In this document: one piece after another, positions 62,742 to 64,000 of the stretch | Position numbering within the stretch: position 1 is the stretch's first letter | Layout: each line of letters opens with the position of its first letter | Source of the DNA: Torpedo marmorata | Lineage: Eukaryota | DNA length: 64,000 nucleotides | Direction of reading: 5' to 3' | Assembly: GCA_977017645.1 (NCBI GenBank) | Contig: OZ360239.1 | Location: 29,078,001-29,142,000, forward strand | Made by a program: the position numbers and the translations under genes | The notes under the pieces: model-generated | Database searches by the model: none | What the model saw: the letters and a program-made list of their open reading frames with translations, nothing else | Told to the model about the DNA's origin: nothing

Positions 62742-62935
62742 TGTACTGATACAGTGCTAGTGCGAGTGCTAGTGCTAATCCTGACCACTTAGGGGGAGTC
62801 GGGAGACGAGCTGTGGTATCTTGGATAGATTCAAAATGGATGCCTCCACGAGGTCTTGTCTGTGTGTTCTAGCTAATAAATATAGTTGTTTTAAAAGAAT
62901 CCAAGTTTCTTTATTACAATAAAAGAAACATCACA
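62742..62935 (+). repeat. 3' LTR (194 bp, TG...CA)
   Basis: Direct repeat of the 5' LTR with scattered substitutions and small indels. Confidence 0.92.
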
Positions 62936-63544
62936 GAGTGGTTGAGCAGGAAGAGCATGTCTATTATTGCAGTTCTTGTTGAATCTCAGATCACTCCCAA
63001 ATGAAGAAGGCTTTGTGACATCAGGTGTAGCAGCACAAGGCAGGTCCACACAAAATGCCTTGTACAAAAGTTGGAAGTCCAGACAAATTTGCACGTTTTG
63101 TTTTTTTATTCAGTCTTTACAAACTTTAAAATCAGTGGCCCAAGGCCAAAACCATGTTTACAGTGGGAAATGTGACGATCAATCAAAAGGATTTTTTAAA
63201 CATACAATTCAACTCTCATTTGACATTTAACCCCACTGAAATGTACAGAACTGAATTTGAAGGATGTTATCTTTTCTTGCTTTCAGTTTAGAAAAACAGA
63301 AAAGTAAAAATAGAGATCAGGGCCCATTACAAAAGGATGCCACAAAGCTTTTATAGATAAAATAAAGGACAAAGAAAATTGAGAAATAATTAATGTGGTT
63401 TGGGTTTCAAAAGTCTGAATAAGATAGGGGGGAAAAAAACAAGTTAGAATGTTCTTAGGTTTGAGGTCAAGGGGGAGAAAAGGAAGGGGCAGGTCAGACA
63501 GGAGCAGGAGAAGACGGAACAGAACGACCAGAAGCTCAAATTAT

Positions 63545-63740
63545 CGAGTCAGTTACAGGACTTCGGTCCAACCTGCCCATGCCAACCAAGTTGTCTACTC
63601 AAGCTAGTTCCACTTGTCTGTGCTTACCCCAAAACCCTCTAAACCCGTCCTATCCTGTTTTCTACCCGATTCATGTACCTGTCTGAATGCCTATAAAATG
63701 TCACAATTGTACCCACCTCTTCCGCTTCCTCTGGCAGCTC
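63545..63740 (-). mobile_element. CR1 LINE 3' end fragment
   Basis: cttcggtccaacctgcccatgccaacc...catgtacctgtctgaatgcc...ttcctctggcagctc, homologous to CR1 ORF2 end and 3' UTR. Confidence 0.65.
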
Positions 63741-63831
63741 TGGAACCGCACCTTAGTTCCCTAATTATAAACTACTAAAAGACCTGTCTGCGTTATTGAA
63801 AATTCTGTTTTTTCTTGCACTGCTGAAACGA

Positions 63832-64000
63832 GGGTGGCATGGTTGGCGTAGCGGTTAGCGCAATGCCTTTACAGCGCCAGCGACCGGGGTTCGAATCCCG
63901 CGCTATGAGGAGTTTGTACGTTCTCCCCGTGTCTGTGTGAGTTTTCCCCGGGGGCTCCGGTTTCCTCCCACCCTTCAAAACGTACCGGGGGTTGTAGGTT
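63832..64000 (+). mobile_element. tRNA-derived V-SINE (HE1-like), runs off the window
   Basis: A-box TGGCGTAGCGG, B-box GGTTCGAATCC, V-domain gagtttgtacgttctccccgtgtctg...ggtttcctccca. Confidence 0.88.

Larger units (their letters stand above)
58027..62935 (+). mobile_element. Ty3/Gypsy LTR retrotransposon (Mag-like), full length and decayed
   Basis: Paired LTRs, TSD gagtg (58022-26 and 62936-40), PBS, PPT; gag Zn knuckles, protease LDTGA, RT YMDD, RNase H TDAS, integrase HEGH..C and SDNGP in PR-RT-RH-IN order. Confidence 0.95.

Noticed and set aside
58027-62935. Endogenous retrovirus or domesticated gene
   Set aside because: No env, multiple stops and frameshifts; ordinary decayed Gypsy element
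63832-63905. tRNA gene
   Set aside because: A/B boxes continue into the V-domain; it is a SINE head with several copies in the window

Overview
Eukaryotic (vertebrate) genomic DNA with no intact host protein-coding exon that I can recognise. The repeat inventory (V-SINE/HE1-like SINEs with CR1-derived tails, CR1 LINEs with SGNH-esterase ORF1, Rex1/Babar LINEs, Neptune-type Penelope elements) points to a cartilaginous fish, probably a ray; this is inference from recall, not a database search. Main elements: a ~3.7 kb Penelope-like element (RT + GIY-YIG, 30.7-34.4 kb, minus) whose 3' pseudo-LTR carries a minimal hammerhead-ribozyme motif, plus several pLTR fragments; a full-length but decayed Mag-like Ty3/Gypsy element (58027-62935; 5-bp TSD, tRNA-Leu PBS) interrupted by a CR1 fragment; a cluster of three CR1 copies (43.4-51.7 kb); three CCGTA-ended, TA-flanked non-autonomous DNA transposons with different GC-rich cargo (a ~240-nt foldback hairpin, a captured repeat fragment, a 27-bp minisatellite); and an L1 3' fragment with a 14-bp TSD. 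A nearly transposon-free ~19 kb block (8.6-27.6 kb) has candidate minus-strand splice sites and looks like the 5'/regulatory region of an unidentified host gene. A compact CRE/GC/TATA motif cluster lies at 41.25 kb. Most entries in the ORF track are TE-derived or spurious.
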